From Stylophora pistillata (Eukaryota), in NCBI RefSeq assembly GCF_002571385.2, contig NW_019217964.1, positions 408,179 to 468,787 of the forward strand: 60,609 bases of DNA. The letters run 5' to 3'. The stretch's first letter is position 1, and each line of letters starts with the position of its first letter. Positions 22,932-37,524 of this stretch are shown one piece after another. Position numbers and translations under genes: made by a program. The notes under the pieces were generated by a model. That model was not told the origin of the DNA. It worked only from the letters and a program-made list of their open reading frames with translations, and did not search any database.

Positions 22932-25059
22932 CGGAGTTGACTTGATCTCGGTTGAACTCGGCTGGAATAAGAACAACAACATGTAAACCACACCAGTTTG
23001 AGAACTAAGGCAATCACTGCACCAGTCAAAGTGGTTGAAGTGGAATAAGGAACATAATTGAGCGTGTATTTATTTAACCAACAACAGGCTTTAGCATTCA
23101 GAGAACCTCTTATATCATCGTCTGGCCTCCAGCTAAAAAGCAGAAGACCCATTAAAGCCAAAATGCCACGAATTGTAATGACTGCACGAATTCTCTGACT
23201 TCAACATAAAACACGAAATACTACCAACTTGCTTTGCTGTACCTTAGTCCTTTGCAGTAGTTGTCTCGCAGCGAAATTTTGAACCTTAAAATTCTGTTTT
23301 GAACCCAAAAAGGAACAGTTTTGGTGCCCAGATCATCCGTCCTTCAGGCAGAACTAGTAGTACCTATTGTGAATTGTGAGAGACACTTCTAAGCGTGAGA
23401 CAACAAACCGGTCTATTTCGGTCTCAGAGGCCCACTAAATTTAGCCACTTCTTTTGAATATATTAGTATGAATCGGTGAGAAATTTGCTTATCATTGTTC
23501 ACAGTCACTGTGCGTAAAAATAATTTCCACAAAAATGTCTCGGCTTAATTTAATTGATGAAGTATAAAAATAGAAACTTCTGGAGTCACTTATCTATTCG
23601 ACTAACGTGAAATTGTAACCTAATCCTCGCTCTTGACCGAAATTTCTGGTCATGCTATGGACGTGACCATTTAGAATTATCCACAAATCGTCACATTCTT
23701 TTCAGTGAAAAGAAATTAGCTGATAACAAACGAATTTGTTCTACAACGTAACAAAGTAACAGTTAAAGATTCCGCTCAATGCATCGCTCTACAGGTTTTT
23801 GAGTTTTGAAGGATCTGTGAGAGGCCTTGTGAACATATCTAAATGTTACAAATCTTAGCGCTTTACAATTACTTATTAATAACGAAAATGACAGATTTGA
23901 ATTACTTTGTCAGAAAAAAAAATGGATGTACAAGTTCTGAAAAGAGAGTGCAAAGATAATGTTAAGTTCTCACTCTTCCGCATCAACTTAAAGTTCTGGC
24001 TTCATCAAAAAGAAAAGAAGAGTCTTCGGAACAAACTTGTTTCTTTCAAACAGCACGAAAAAAACGAGACACAGAGGATCACTGAAGCGCAACAACGACT
24101 GAACTGATATCAGAAACACAAAAAGCAAATCAAATTCATCGAAGAAACCTAACAAGAACAACTTTACCGAGGAATAAAGTGAACTTACGTTTGAGGTATT
24201 AAAGTTTGGACTTTCCGTTGTAATGTTACTAAACGACTAATCTACTAAATATTACTAATAACTACACTTGATACGTCAGTTCATCATCTGGGGTCAAGGT
24301 TGTAGCTCAGCCATTCTGGCACATTCTTCAGTCTAAACAAAACAGGTTTACTGCTCATTGTTGCTATGACAATACAAACAACCTGTCAAGGTACAAGTGA
24401 AACAATTCGTGGATAGCAAGTCCTGACGTTTTTATAGGTGGTTAAATACAAGTTGTTATTTTACCTTATTTTGAAGTTATGTTAAACTTTTCGACCTGAA
24501 GTAAAATCAAAACAAGGGCAGGGTGTTTGCTCGAGGTAGAAAATGATTTGAAAATGTGATGCATTGCATTGTGAAATATGTTTCAATGCTTTGAGGAAAT
24601 CGGTGAAAAGCTAGCAGGATAACAAATGGAAAGGTGCAAAGCTTAATTGCTCATTAAACTAAATGACGGTGGACGACAGAAATTGCGCAACTTTGATAAT
24701 TGAATTTCATTTCTCAACATGGCTTCACTGATATTACTCAAGTTATTGGAAACAATTTCTTTACCACACTGATATAATACAAAATTTATAAGCTCATGAA
24801 AAGTAAATAATACCTAACAAAGATCAACAGTGAAGCTAAAAAGAAAAGTTATAAATGAATATCTTATATAAACCTCTCGTGGCACTGCGGGGCACTGCGA
24901 CATATTCATGAGTTAGCTGATCTTCATAAAGTTTGAAACATTTCCACGTGGCCCCCCTGAAGGGTTCACATAACAAAGAACGGTTTGTTATACTATGCTC
25001 TGAAAAAACTTTATTAACTTTGTCAATGGCATTGAAGCAGACTCTCTGGTTATAATCTG

Positions 25060-25076
25060 CTGATACATTGTATCAG
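25060..25076. promoter_or_regulatory. Candidate DMRT/DSX binding site (perfect palindrome)
   Basis: CTGATACA-T-TGTATCAG contains the DM-domain consensus GATACA(A/T)TGT and lies about 2.1 kb upstream of the DMRT gene 2 DM exon. Confidence 0.45.
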
Positions 25077-28000
25077 AGCATGTCAGCTGTGTTCAGATAT
25101 AAAAAAATGCGGTGATAGGTCGTATTCTAGGTTTTCATTTGAGGAAGATTAAACTGTTGGAATATTAGTATATGTATTTCCTTTCCAGTCGTAAATGTTT
25201 CATAAAACAATCCTTTATATCCTTTTAGAAGGTGTCATAAATGTCATGACATATCTGTCATAGCAATTCATAAGAGTGAAATAAAAACCAAAATGCGGCA
25301 ATAAAATTATAGAGTTTTCGTAAAGATTGGTATTTCGCAAGAGCACTATTAATGAAGTTAGTCACCGTTGTTTTGATAGTTTGCGCGTCACTCGTAGAAC
25401 TAAACGTATCGACAAACACAGCGTGAAATTAAACGCGAACTGATTAACTTGATTGGGATCACAGTGACATTGTAAGCCAAGATCAGGGGATCTTTTGTCT
25501 TCGTTGAAGTTATCTATCTCTAAAAGTCCCCTCCTATTGATTGCTAACATAGTTATGGCTTCTCCTTGACGCAAATTCCTGACGGGTGGTCATTTCTGTT
25601 GGAAAGTTCATAACCTTTCTTTCTAATCTTAGCTCAGCCTCTATTCAGCAACATAACGCAGCCTGTAACGTCTAAATTTAACCTCATAGTTTGGTTTACT
25701 TTTGTTTCTCGTGGGAGCTGATTACAGCAGGTGAACTGTCCGAGAGCAAACTACGTCATTACACCGCTTGAGATCATTCAACCTTCATCTGCAATGGAAA
25801 CCGATTGACAATAGCGAAAAATCTTTGACGAGCGATTGAAATATTTATATGTGACCGTAAGAACACTGAGCTTAATTACAAGAGGTCCAGGCCTAACTTT
25901 ATTCTTTATCTCATTCGGATTTTTACTTACGTTGCTTTTCATTTGCAGATTTTCTGCTGTTTTAAAGCCAAAAATACTAATTTTTGTTATTAGTTGTCTG
26001 CAATGGATTCATCTTTCTTATCGTCGCGAGAGAGCCTTGTAACATTTGACCACTCTGTCATTCCAACTATCTAGCTATTTGTATGAAGTTCAGTTCATCT
26101 GCTATTTTAAGCTTGAAGTAAAAACTCCAGAAATTCGACCGACTAAGATAAGATATGGTTTGTAGCGCAGTAAATCGGATAAGATTGGAATTAAGTGTCT
26201 GCAAAATAAACAATTGGTTTTTTTTCTCTTCCGTTTGGTATCAGTTGAATTTTCTCAAAACCTCACTGTTTTAGACAAACAGACCACGAAAGTAACAGTA
26301 CGGAAAGTTTGAAACGTGCATATCAGCCACGATTTTCCATGTTTTATCTGAGCTGATAGATGTGTGTTATGATACCAATACACAGAATAAGGTCAAGTCA
26401 ATAAAAGGTTCCGTGGTTTTTAACAAATCGCGCAGACGTCTCTTTCGATTTAACCCGATTAAGGATCTCACTTCATCTATGACTTCTCCTTCTCTAGAGC
26501 CTTCTTTCTCAGACAAAAAATGTTTGAAAAGCGTCATAAAGATATGAATTGTAGGTTTATTTCTTCATATTCAACTGGCAGAGGTTATCAGTCATTTATT
26601 TAGAGATTAAAAGTGAATACCACTCTGGTGCTTTGACTGTTAATTTGATCTAACACCAAAGCCGGATACAACAATGTTTTATGTGAATGAATTTAATCCA
26701 GTGTTCATAAACTATTTGTCCAGCAAACGCTTCGCTGTCGACTTCTTCAGATCAAGTGGAGCGATGTTACATTTGTATTGCATTGAAAAAGCAAAGGGAA
26801 AAAGGGGAATAGAAAGAAGAAACACTTTGTAGTCGTAAAATACGCTTATTGCGTCATTTGTCGTCAAAAAAATTGCAGCCTACGTAGAATATGATTTGTT
26901 AAAACGGAGGAATTTACCATTACGAAACAACCAAGAATTGATGTAATATTTCTCCTTTCTCTTTTCAAGATGTAAATTGCCCCTTGATCAGATAAGCGAT
27001 GGATATATTCATTCATTCTTTTAGCTTGGAGGAAATTTTGCCATAATGCTGGCCAAGAGACAAGCTTGCCATTAATGGAGAGAAGCAGGCTCTTTGACAC
27101 TCAGTGGCATTGGTTGGCACGCTAGTCGAGTGATGGAAATAGATGAAAACTCGAAAATGTTTTAACTACATGTTTGGGATGATAGAAATTTTATCATATC
27201 TTTTTAGAAAGATTCTTAGTTAACATCCATGCTATAACATTGCATGTCAAATAAACAGGTAGCAGTCGGGAATGTTAGACACAGCGTCGCCGAAACTGAA
27301 GAGCGCAGCGAAATAAAACTATATATCCGGTAACTGGAATTTCGCAATGGGCTCTGAAGTGTTGATCAATGTAGCTCAGTTACGAGAATAGGAACGAAGG
27401 GAAATTCTATAATCATCTTCAGTTCAGTTTAAGCCACTCAAAGAGAGGAAAATCTTTTGAAGCGTACTTACCTTGTTGTAAAACTGGTGCATTCTGGCTT
27501 AGTCAACGAGTCAGTTCTAAATGACGAATCATGACAACCAAATCAATTGTTACTTGTTTGATTTGTCATTGCTCTTTACAGACTTTTAAGGAACACGAAA
27601 AACCAGTATTCAGAGGCTAGGTGGTTCGTTTTCTCCAGGCTGCTTTTCTCACATGTCATCTCTATACCCGCCCGCCAAATTTAAGGTAATTCCGTCTAGA
27701 AAACCTGACACGCCCAGAACAAAATAAATTAATGGCCGACGTTATGTGACGAGTATCGAGACGTCTCCGCTTATGCGATTAGCTCAGTTCTAGAGAAAAC
27801 TGAAAAAAAGTTTATAAAGATTTACTGAATAAAATGATCGTGGGTCGAGATGTTAAACGCTTCAACCGGAATTTAGTGATAGGAACCGTAATAGTAATTG
27901 TTGACAAAAATTGTAAAATAAAGCTCCACTTGTTTTTGGTTAAATAAATTTGTCTCGCGTCACTTTTACTACTGTCTGACAGTCTTTCCTCGATATTGAT

Positions 28001-30679
28001 TTGTTTTTCCTTCAGATGAAAATACAAACTTAGACATACGTCTATTTCTTTACTCAATAACTTTGTTTCCACTTACCTCATAATAATCACACATAGCTTT
28101 TGATTTGAAACTTCAATGCAAATGAAAGAAACATGATCAGATGTGAGCAACAGATGCCAGTTGTTTTCAATGTATTGATACGCGCGGAATGTTTTTCCGT
28201 CGACACCACAAAGATCCTATGATCAATAAGCTGGCGTATATGACTATATATTGGCTACATTAATACATGCGACTGTAAATCTTAGCGATGATAATAAAAA
28301 AAAACGCGACTCAATTACGTCAAGGCTGCCTTAGAATGTTCTTGAATGTAGCGACCTGACAGGCCCCAAATAGATGCGGACATTTCAATCTCTCTAGGTA
28401 ATCCTTTTTACAAACAGTATATATATCTATATATATATATAAACGAGAAGTTTTTTTTCCATCTTATTTAAAACTACTATTTCGAACTCCTTTGTAAAAA
28501 AGAAAGCCATAACTGTAAATAATCATCGTTGAGGTAATTAACCTTGTTCTTTTCGTTAGAAATAACTACTCAATAAACAAAAATTTGCTGCTTTAATGAA
28601 AAATGAGTTAAGGTGAAAACAAAAATCATGATAAGAAAAATAAAATATTTTTAGTGCGTCTGAAGGTATTCTGAATCTTTGCATGTTAAATAAGGAACAT
28701 GTTCATAAAAAATGTCACTGGACCAAGACAACAGATCCAGATTGGTTCGAATGGTGTCAGCGAATTTGCTTCAAGTTCTGGCTTCAAGGCAAAATTGGTC
28801 AACACTTTTCAGCTCTTAACGTTCTACCCATTTATTTGAACAGCCATTGATAGAAACTATAGAATATCGGATAAGTTATACACAACAGAATGAAATAACA
28901 TTTTCCACTATATGGCGTAGTTAAGTCAAATATCCTAATTGTGGGCGTAAATTGGTCCTTTTGCTTCCTTGGTATTATCTTTGTCATCTTTATTTTTGGA
29001 GGCCATCTATTTTTCCGAAGCTAGAAGTTTACGACTTTCTTTTTAACCCTAATATACTATCTCTTACACATAATCATGTGGCTGTGGGCAACAAAATAAC
29101 GAAGATAGCTTCTTATAGCTGGTTTATAATTTAGTTTGAGTGAAATGAAACTGGAAAACGTTCTGTGTCCATTAAGGGTAACGTGTTTGCTTGCCTGTTT
29201 TAGCCGTGTTCTTGTACATAGCAGTTCTGTTATCATAATCTATTTTTCCATAATTTAGTTCAAAAACAAGAAGAAAGTGTTTAATGCTTGGCAAGATCGA
29301 TCACCGACGTTCCTGATTCCTGCTCACCCGCTTCGACTGATAAGAGATCCGGTATATTTGATCATATGGGAGTTAATTTGGAGTGAGACACCCTTAATGT
29401 GTTAAATTTGGAAATTGCATTGCATGAGCCTAACAAGACAAACATGAGTTTCCTCGAGGCACTTTTCTTTATGTCGGCGTATTGCACGCAATAAACTTGT
29501 AACTCTAATGACCTGAATCCCACACTCCGGAAATTTGATGTTCTCCTTCAAGCACGACAATTTGAGTCATCATGCAACTAGAAATTTCACCAAACGAGTG
29601 GTCGTATCAAGTTTTGTGACTTGCCTTTGTTATCTTAAGTATCGTTTCATTAGAGTGAGGTTAATAAAATGTGTCGAGTGAAACAAGTAACAAAGAAAGG
29701 GGCAAGATTAAACAACCGGGAACTTCGGAAGTATTTTCTTAATTGGAAAAGAAATCATTCACCAATACATGGCTGAGATTCATGTATCAATCGGGAATGA
29801 TTCCAAAGTAGTGCAAGGATGTACCCGAACTAGTTAAGTACATCACTGACACAAATCATTGAGTTCAACAGGTAGTTTGGAAGAATTGGATATTGGAAAA
29901 AGCCAAGAGGTCAGATGACTGCAATGATACTAAAAAACACATGCAATGCTTAGTAAAGATATTTAAAAATCTTGATGAGATAAAGCTGGACTTATCTACA
30001 AAGAAATGGGTTTTTAAGTTCATCATACGGTAAAGACTAATTCGACTCTGTTCGGCTCTTCATCGAAACTGGATTGAAAGCAATCTCTGAGGTTAAACTC
30101 ATTTCCAAAATTTATCCAATGATGGCCTGTATAATGGTGGCCTGTATAATAAAGCAGATCCTACCAAATAAATTTGAACATACTTAGTTATGATTGATTC
30201 GTCATCATGATGTACTGAAAAGTAAACTAACAAATTCACTTTGCTTTACTTTTAATATAACGTTACTCGAACTTTCGTTCATGCCTCTTTAGATTGTGAT
30301 CTCAACTTCGGTTTCAATATACTTATCGCAAACAAAACTGACTATTTATGCAGCAATATTCCTTTGATGAAAGGAAGCGTGAATTCATCACACTAAGATT
30401 ATTCGGTTCTTTTTCAGAGAAGAAAATGTTAACGAAGGAATCAATAGTGAGCTTGGGAAAGAGTTCAGTTGTGATTGTACAGAGAGAATAGCAAATTTTA
30501 AATGTTAACTTAGGAATTGAAATAAGGTGGGCGAGGAAATAGCGGAATAAGCAATTACTGCGGTAACAGCAAACTCCCACTGATCATATTGGACAAGCTG
30601 ACCCTCGCCTTAGGTGACGAGGCTGTAAACAGAACCATACTGAGATAAATATCGGTGGAAACTGTCCGGTGAAAAACGT

Positions 30680-31000
30680 CCAGATTCCTTATCATGCCGC
30701 GAGTTTGACTAATCGTTTCAATAACAATAGCTGACTTCATGATCAATTTGGCAACAAACTTGTGAACCTTAAGCTTTCCATATCCTTGTTTCAGCAAATA
30801 GACAATATGTAAAGCAGGGAGAAGGATTAAGTTACCACCTGGTACGTTCATACTCCTCCAAGACAACTCAAGTGTCCAGAAAGTCCGATACAATTACGAC
30901 AACAGGGCACTAATATTGATCTCTTACCATCCCGTCCATAGCTTTGTTTTTTTTTTATTCAAGATTGACTTTTTAGACAACATCGATACATGGACGATAT
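30680..31000 (-). mobile_element. Heavily decayed Penelope-like RT remnant (tentative)
   Basis: The peptide IVYLLKQGYGKLKVHKFVAK resembles the LLKQGY..KL...F.KF segment of Penelope-like RT C-termini, and an SDFLDT motif lies upstream. The frame is broken. Confidence 0.3.
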
Positions 31001-34000
31001 TAAGCAAGTTTTCCTTTTCTGTTGAAGACATCACGGACATGTCATCATATCAGCAAAACGATGCCTCAGTTCGCTTTACTTATCAGCCGCTCCAGTTCGT
31101 TTAGCTTAAATTGGAAACCGATGAAAACAGTGTTATTGAGAATACGGAAACAGAGTTTATTGTCGCAACCTACGGATATAGTTGTAGTTGTTCTGAAAGT
31201 CACTTGTTGATCGATTTTCATCATTTAGTGCTTTCGTTTCCATATAAACAAAAATAACTGGAACCTGCTATTAACACTGATTCATAGATTAACTGTCTGG
31301 AGGTCTCTTTTTTTTAAAAAGACTTTGCTTTGTGTTCTTTCACGCGACGACCTCTACGGATCATCTACTTAACCACAGGGATATTCTGCGGTTTCCGAAT
31401 AAAAAGGTAAAAATATATCAGTGTTAAGGATATTTAGCATCAATGTCGCAGATAAGCTCTTGTTTTATGATCTCAAGCCAGATTTATGTCTTTGTTTTAC
31501 AGTTTAAAGAAGGCCAGGTAAGATTGGGCTTTCTAAATTCAGATACATTTAGGTATTATTGGGAGTTAAAAGTTAAAGGTAACTGAAATGAAATATTTCT
31601 TGTGGTTACTTTAAACTGTTTCGACCGTATGATATTTATAGAGCGGTTCAAGCCCCAAAACAACTTTACGGCTTTCTTTCTCTTCTCGCCGAAGAAATAA
31701 TGAAAAACAAAACAAAGTGGAAAATTTCTTATTGCCGCCTTATTGTTCCTCTTCCTTGACCCATATCCTTAAGACCGATTGCAGCTCTCTTGATGTGATC
31801 AGTGTTATGCAAATGATAGTTGAAATACTATTTAGAAAATTTTACTTTTCGTGAGGTTGACTAACCGAGACAAATTTGCAGATGACATATCCTTTTCGTC
31901 TCAGTGTTAACCGACGGAGGCGGTGAAAGAAGAAGGTTCTTAAGTTTCTGGGTGTGAAACAAGGGTTAACTTATGCCCAAAACTTTACTCTTCGGGAAAA
32001 ATTTTTTCTCCAGAAAAGATATTCTACCCCAAACTTTCTATACTAGTGCTGATAATGGAACCTTGACTGATTTTCCGTCTTAAATACGTTCATAACACGT
32101 CGTTTCCTTACTAAGCACGTACTATTATTGAAATTTTGTAAAACTCTTAAATGGAAGACCAACGTTTAAAGTTACAGAAGAGTTTTTCTTGAAAACTGAA
32201 GAACTCTTAAACTGGTCAATTACTTTGCTACAAGCAGAACTGAATGTTGCAAGGTTTATGACGACAAGCAGAGAATACACGAGGCCATATAAGTCAAATT
32301 TTAGTGCACATCATAACATTACATAATTTGTGCACAAATCTTGAATAAAGAAAAGACACTCCACATTTTCTTCTTCTAGAAATCCTATTGAATGTACAAC
32401 AAAATCTAATTGGCTTTTTTACTGAACTAAAGTAAGCAACTTGTTGACTGTGGAACCATGCAGACCTCACCAGAAGTAACCACTTATTAACTTTCTCTAT
32501 AAGGAGACAGCAACACTGAAATGAAATTTAACATTATAGAAATGCTTACTGTGCTTATTGGGTTCTCGTCGGCGAAGAACTTTCCATCCTCAGTGGCCAT
32601 TTCATTTGTGATTGTCGGGTGCATTCCTCTAGCGACAACGTTCTACAGCGTAACCCAGGACACGCTGTCTACACGCTCTACTAAGCTGTCAGTTCCCTCT
32701 TCTGCGTCACCAATTGCTATTTTAAGCTCAAAACAAATTCTTCTTCGAACTCCTGTGTAGAATTTTAGTTCCTCTATTGTTTAAGCCGCGTCCCAAGAAT
32801 AAACTCACTGCTATTTTAAGCACAAAAAGGTGCTGGCATGGCCACTTCTTTTTCTCAGCTGTTTAGTGACTGAAGGAAAAAATGTATTTATCGCGGCGTG
32901 CGGGTGCGAGGTAAATACAACAGCGCATGTACTTTATGGCACCTAACTGAGACACATATCCCAACACCCACGGATTGACGCAAGTGTTATGAATGAGTCA
33001 TTCAATAGCTTCTGTATTTAACATTACAGAAAGTTCTTTTCCAATAGAGAGCAATCTAATACTTAACTGTTTTTACAAAAAAAGAAAAACATTCGGAGCA
33101 GATGCGATTTAGAAGCTTAGTTTTGTTCACGAAGCTTAATTAATTGTTTATTTGTTACAGAGTTACTTTTATTTGGATACAGGAGTCTGTTTGGTATTGA
33201 CAACAGGTCGGCTGCACATTGACTTGCCGCCGCCAGGCTGGCCGCGCGCCGGCTTAAAAAGCTAAGACTTTCACTTTACGTCAGTCACGATTTTAATGAC
33301 GAATATTTTCATTCGCACTCAGCAGTAATGGACGCTGAAAGAATTTTAACTCGCCCATGGATATTTTCTAGCCTTGAGGAGTGGGCGGTTGTTTTTCGTA
33401 TTTTTCAACAGAAAAATTCGATGTCTTCGGTTAGCGTGACAGCCAGAGTCATGTGGAATGTTCTGTCTCGACTTCTCGCATGATTCAGTCCAATTAATGA
33501 GATGCCAAGACACGCAACGCTTGTAAAATCACGCAGCCAATTTTATGGTTTGGAAAGTTTCATAGCTGGTGAAATAAGGACGCGATCCTTTATTTACTGA
33601 GATTTCAACTTTCTGCTCCCTTTGTGGTCATTTTGGTTTTTTATGATAACGACTAATTTTAACGTTTAGTTGTTTGTGTCATTCGGGAGAAACGTTGCTA
33701 ATGAGGTGTAGAGTACATGTTGACATCTGTTGGCCTTAGGGTTGGTTTAGTACACGAACATGAAAGCACAAAACCACACCGCTGAAAATCATTTGAAACC
33801 ATGAAATGATTTGATATCACCGGAAATTACAATCTTATAACACCTCGTTTAGAGCATAGAAACCACAGTTATTCTTCCTTGCAACATAAGCTCAAATGCA
33901 ACTTTTAAAAAGTTTTAGCTGCTATTGTCTACGATTGAAAAATGAAATAACAATAGATATTTACTCTAAGCATAGACAAGAAAATTACTCGGCTGTTCCG

Positions 34001-36896
34001 GTTTCTCCAAGCTGGCGTCTATCTAGAAGTTGTCTGGCTTCACGTGTAGATAAACTATCTTTATAAACTTAGAGCCCTTAAACTGTTGCCAGCATAGTGA
34101 CCTTCCATAGGAGATGACGTTCAATAGGTTAAATGTCTCAGCAAGCAAAGTATTACCAACAGTAGATGTCGGTATTAAAAGTGATGTTCCTTTTAAGTCA
34201 TCATCAGAAACAACACTTGAGACAGCACAATATTTATGTATCTCATAAAATAGAAAAGGCAAACTACGTATTGTTTTCGATTGGAATTGATTCAGATAAA
34301 AGGAAAAATAAAATCCAACAACGGACTGGTTTGAGGGCGAGCGATACGCTAAATTTGACTTAATTTGTTTGGAATGGAGAGAATTGATTAACAACTCATC
34401 ATTGGCGCTCCCACGGTTAGTGAGATTACGGGACAAGTGAGGTAAATTGAATTGAAGTGGGATTAATTCTTGTTTATTTTAATTCCTTTTCCATTTGATG
34501 AGTTCTCAGGTTGTAGATTCTGAAAGAGATTTTCCAGAAAGCGCTGAAAGACCAAAGGCGTTCGAGCAAAGTCTGAGTATCTAAGAAGGGAGGGGCAGAC
34601 ATACTACCAGCAAGAAGAAAAGTGACAGGCTTTGAAAGATGAATGTTGACTTCAACAAAACGGCGGGATGACATAAAGTGCAGTTAGGACTTTTTTCTTA
34701 AAATTTACCCTGTGCGAGAATATTTCCCCCGTTGACGCGCTGTCCGTAGATACAAAAACTACTTCTCTTTTTTAAATTATTTTACTTGGCTATTCCCGGT
34801 GACGCGAAACAAGAGGATGGCTCGAAGACGGAGGCGATGAGTAGTGTTTTACAGTGGTCTTACTGTTTTGATTTTTCCAAAAGAATTTGAAATACACAGT
34901 CAGGGGAACACTGAGTAGGAACACTGAGTAAGATTCAAAATATTTTGGAATGAGTGCTTTGTGTGAAAGCTTTTGATGCGTAGTTTTGGTTGTTTATTTT
35001 TGTTGTTAGCTTTGTCTTAAGTTCTCACTGCAACAATCCACAGGTGAGGGAGTTGAATTTGAATACGTGCAAAGTTCTTGTTTCCTACGCAAAACGATTG
35101 CGATTGCTACGAAGAATTTGGGAGAAAAACTTAGTAATAACTTTTAACAGTTAAAAATCTCAATACTCCTTGTGCGTGAATCACAAAGTTGATAAAAACG
35201 TAGTTATCAATTAGATTCGAAAAGAAATTGCAACTGCTACTCCCTTATTATTTTTATCGTCGTGTTGAAGGCCATCTTTTCATCACTAACTTCTGCTTGC
35301 TCCGGTTGGCCTGCTACACAATTTGAAATAACTCAGAGCCGATGAGTTCTCGAAGACCGAGAATGAAAAAGAAGCGCTCGATTAAATCTATAGGTGGAAC
35401 TTGAGCTAGTTTTTGTTAATAAGTTGGTGGCTTACGAAGGATGTTATGGTTATAAGAGATGAACATTACACTTGTTTCAGTGACAACGAAAGGAGCTTCC
35501 ATTTGTAAGAAAAGCTTAGGGAGCCAGCCACATCATTTCGCGATATAATCTCCGATGAAACATAATTCATATCTGGCAGTAACTGATATCTGGTGATTCA
35601 TCCTCGTTTCACCGATGTCTTAAGCTGCCGCAGTTCAGAGAACAGGTGTCAACATTTATTGAGGAGCACTGACCACGGCTCCCCATCACAAGCGGGTGGT
35701 GCGATGGTCAAACATAAGTGGGTAACTGTTTCAGCACAGAACAATTGATGGACTGTTCACATTAACGATAGAGTGACTCGACTGTGGGTTGCTTATCGAT
35801 TGGGCGGTAATATAACTAAGTTATTGAAATGTTTCATATTTTGACCTGCAGATGTAATAGAAAAAAACCAACTGATCCTGACAGTTAGCTAAACCACAAT
35901 GGAAAACATCGAGGGAAAAAAGGCTGGGAAAATGGAAGTTTCCACAGGGTCGTGCTCGGTGCCTTCAATTCAGTCCTGTTCACCTGGGAGCATCAGTTCA
36001 AGGTTTGTTTTGTTTTGTCTCTCTCATTCAATTATTTTTTCGCTAATCGATTGACAAGGACTGACGTTGATTTATCTCCACTCATTGAATTTTCATCAAT
36101 TGATAAACTTAAAACGCACTCATACGAAGGTTCATTATGTAGGTGATATGGAGGTCAATCAGTGTGATTATATAACTTCCGTTCATCTCCTGTCCAGCAC
36201 ACGTGAATCTAAAAATAAATATCGTCGCCTGTAACTAATAATTTATTGAAGTCACAGTGATACAAAGTTAAATATAGCTTTTTATCAGCCTCTGTTGAAG
36301 CGCCACTTCAGGAAAAGTGAGTTTTTTTTCGGGATGATAATCATTTTAGGAGAAGATTATCCTCTCAAGTTAATTCTGAGGACGTCTTTCCGTCAAAAAG
36401 AATCGATCAAGTAGCTAATACAAAGTTTTAGTCTAGATTGACTTAACTTTGTATATCTGTTTCCATCCTTGGGACCTTTTAACTCGATCTACTTTTTCAG
36501 GTCAGAGAGGACGAATGTTCCAAAGTAAACAAAGGAAATGCACAAGTGTGTTAACAGACAGATTCTTGGGGAAGGAACGAAGTTGGGTGATAGATTTCTT
36601 ATTGTGCCTATTTTCGTATTGAAGTTTTTATTTTGGGAGATTAAAACAAATTAGCTTAATGGTGCGTCTCTTCTTATTGTGTAACATCGGGACAAATATA
36701 TTGCCATTGTCAAATGGTTACATAACCATGATTGGTTTGTAAATTTATTTTGCATTCACTTGAAGAGATTATGTAATTCATTTGAAAGCAGATGACGCTT
36801 TCTTAGTGACACATGTTTGGTGATCTCAAGGATCCTAATAACCATCAAAACTGTAGATAGATGTGCTTTTTGCGGATGCTGAGATGAACACCTTAC

Positions 36897-37524
36897 AAAC
36901 TGCTATGATTTCACCGCAATTCTTGCCTGTGACAAGAGTATTCAGTTGAAGAAAATTTTAGCATGTGTTCGGAGTTACAAAGTTGCATTGTAGCCCTATT
37001 CTTTAATTATCCATATGATAATGAAGTTAATACCAAGAAGAATTAAAAAAACACTTCCTATTTTTGACCAAAAATTTAATCTCTGAAATGTTCGAGTTAA
37101 CTTGACTCAGCTTAAAAATGCAGAACAAAGACCTGAAGTCACCTCGTGGACTGATATCGTTTTTGTTTGGAAATGATTTGAACACACATGAGCTCTTTGC
37201 AGATATCCACTCAAGTGTCAGTGAGAACGCCTTTCAAACTGCTAGGATTTCACCGGAAGTCACGTCACACGTGTTCTCAGTTGAAGAAAATTTAGCACGC
37301 TTTCGAAGTTACAAAGTTTCATTGCAGCCCTATTCTACAACTATCGCCATAACGACGATGTAATACCAAGAAGAATTGGAAAAAAAATACTGCTCAGTTC
37401 TGTGACAAAAGTTGTTCCCTGAAATATTCGAATTAACCTAAATTAGCTTTAAAATGTTGAACAAAGACCAGTAACAGCATCAAGAAATGATATCGTAATC
37501 GTTTGGAAATGATTTGAACTCACA
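36897..37524. repeat. Old tandem duplication with a period of about 340 bp
   Basis: Collinear shared blocks AACTGCTA.GATTTCACCG, TCAGTTGAAGAAAATTT, AGTTACAAAGTT.CATTG.AGCCCTATTCT, TAATACCAAGAAGAATT and GTTTGGAAATGATTTGAAC at about 36897-37188 and 37236-37524. Confidence 0.75.

Noticed and set aside
22932-22991. ORF-track N-terminus [10 protein letters not shown] of DMRT gene 2
   Set aside because: It translates a polypyrimidine tract and splice acceptor (..TTCTTATTCCAG), so it is intronic.
27296-27320. CTGAAGA-GCGCAGC-GAAA hammerhead-like core
   Set aside because: Stem II is too short, and there is no stem I/III or NUH cleavage site.
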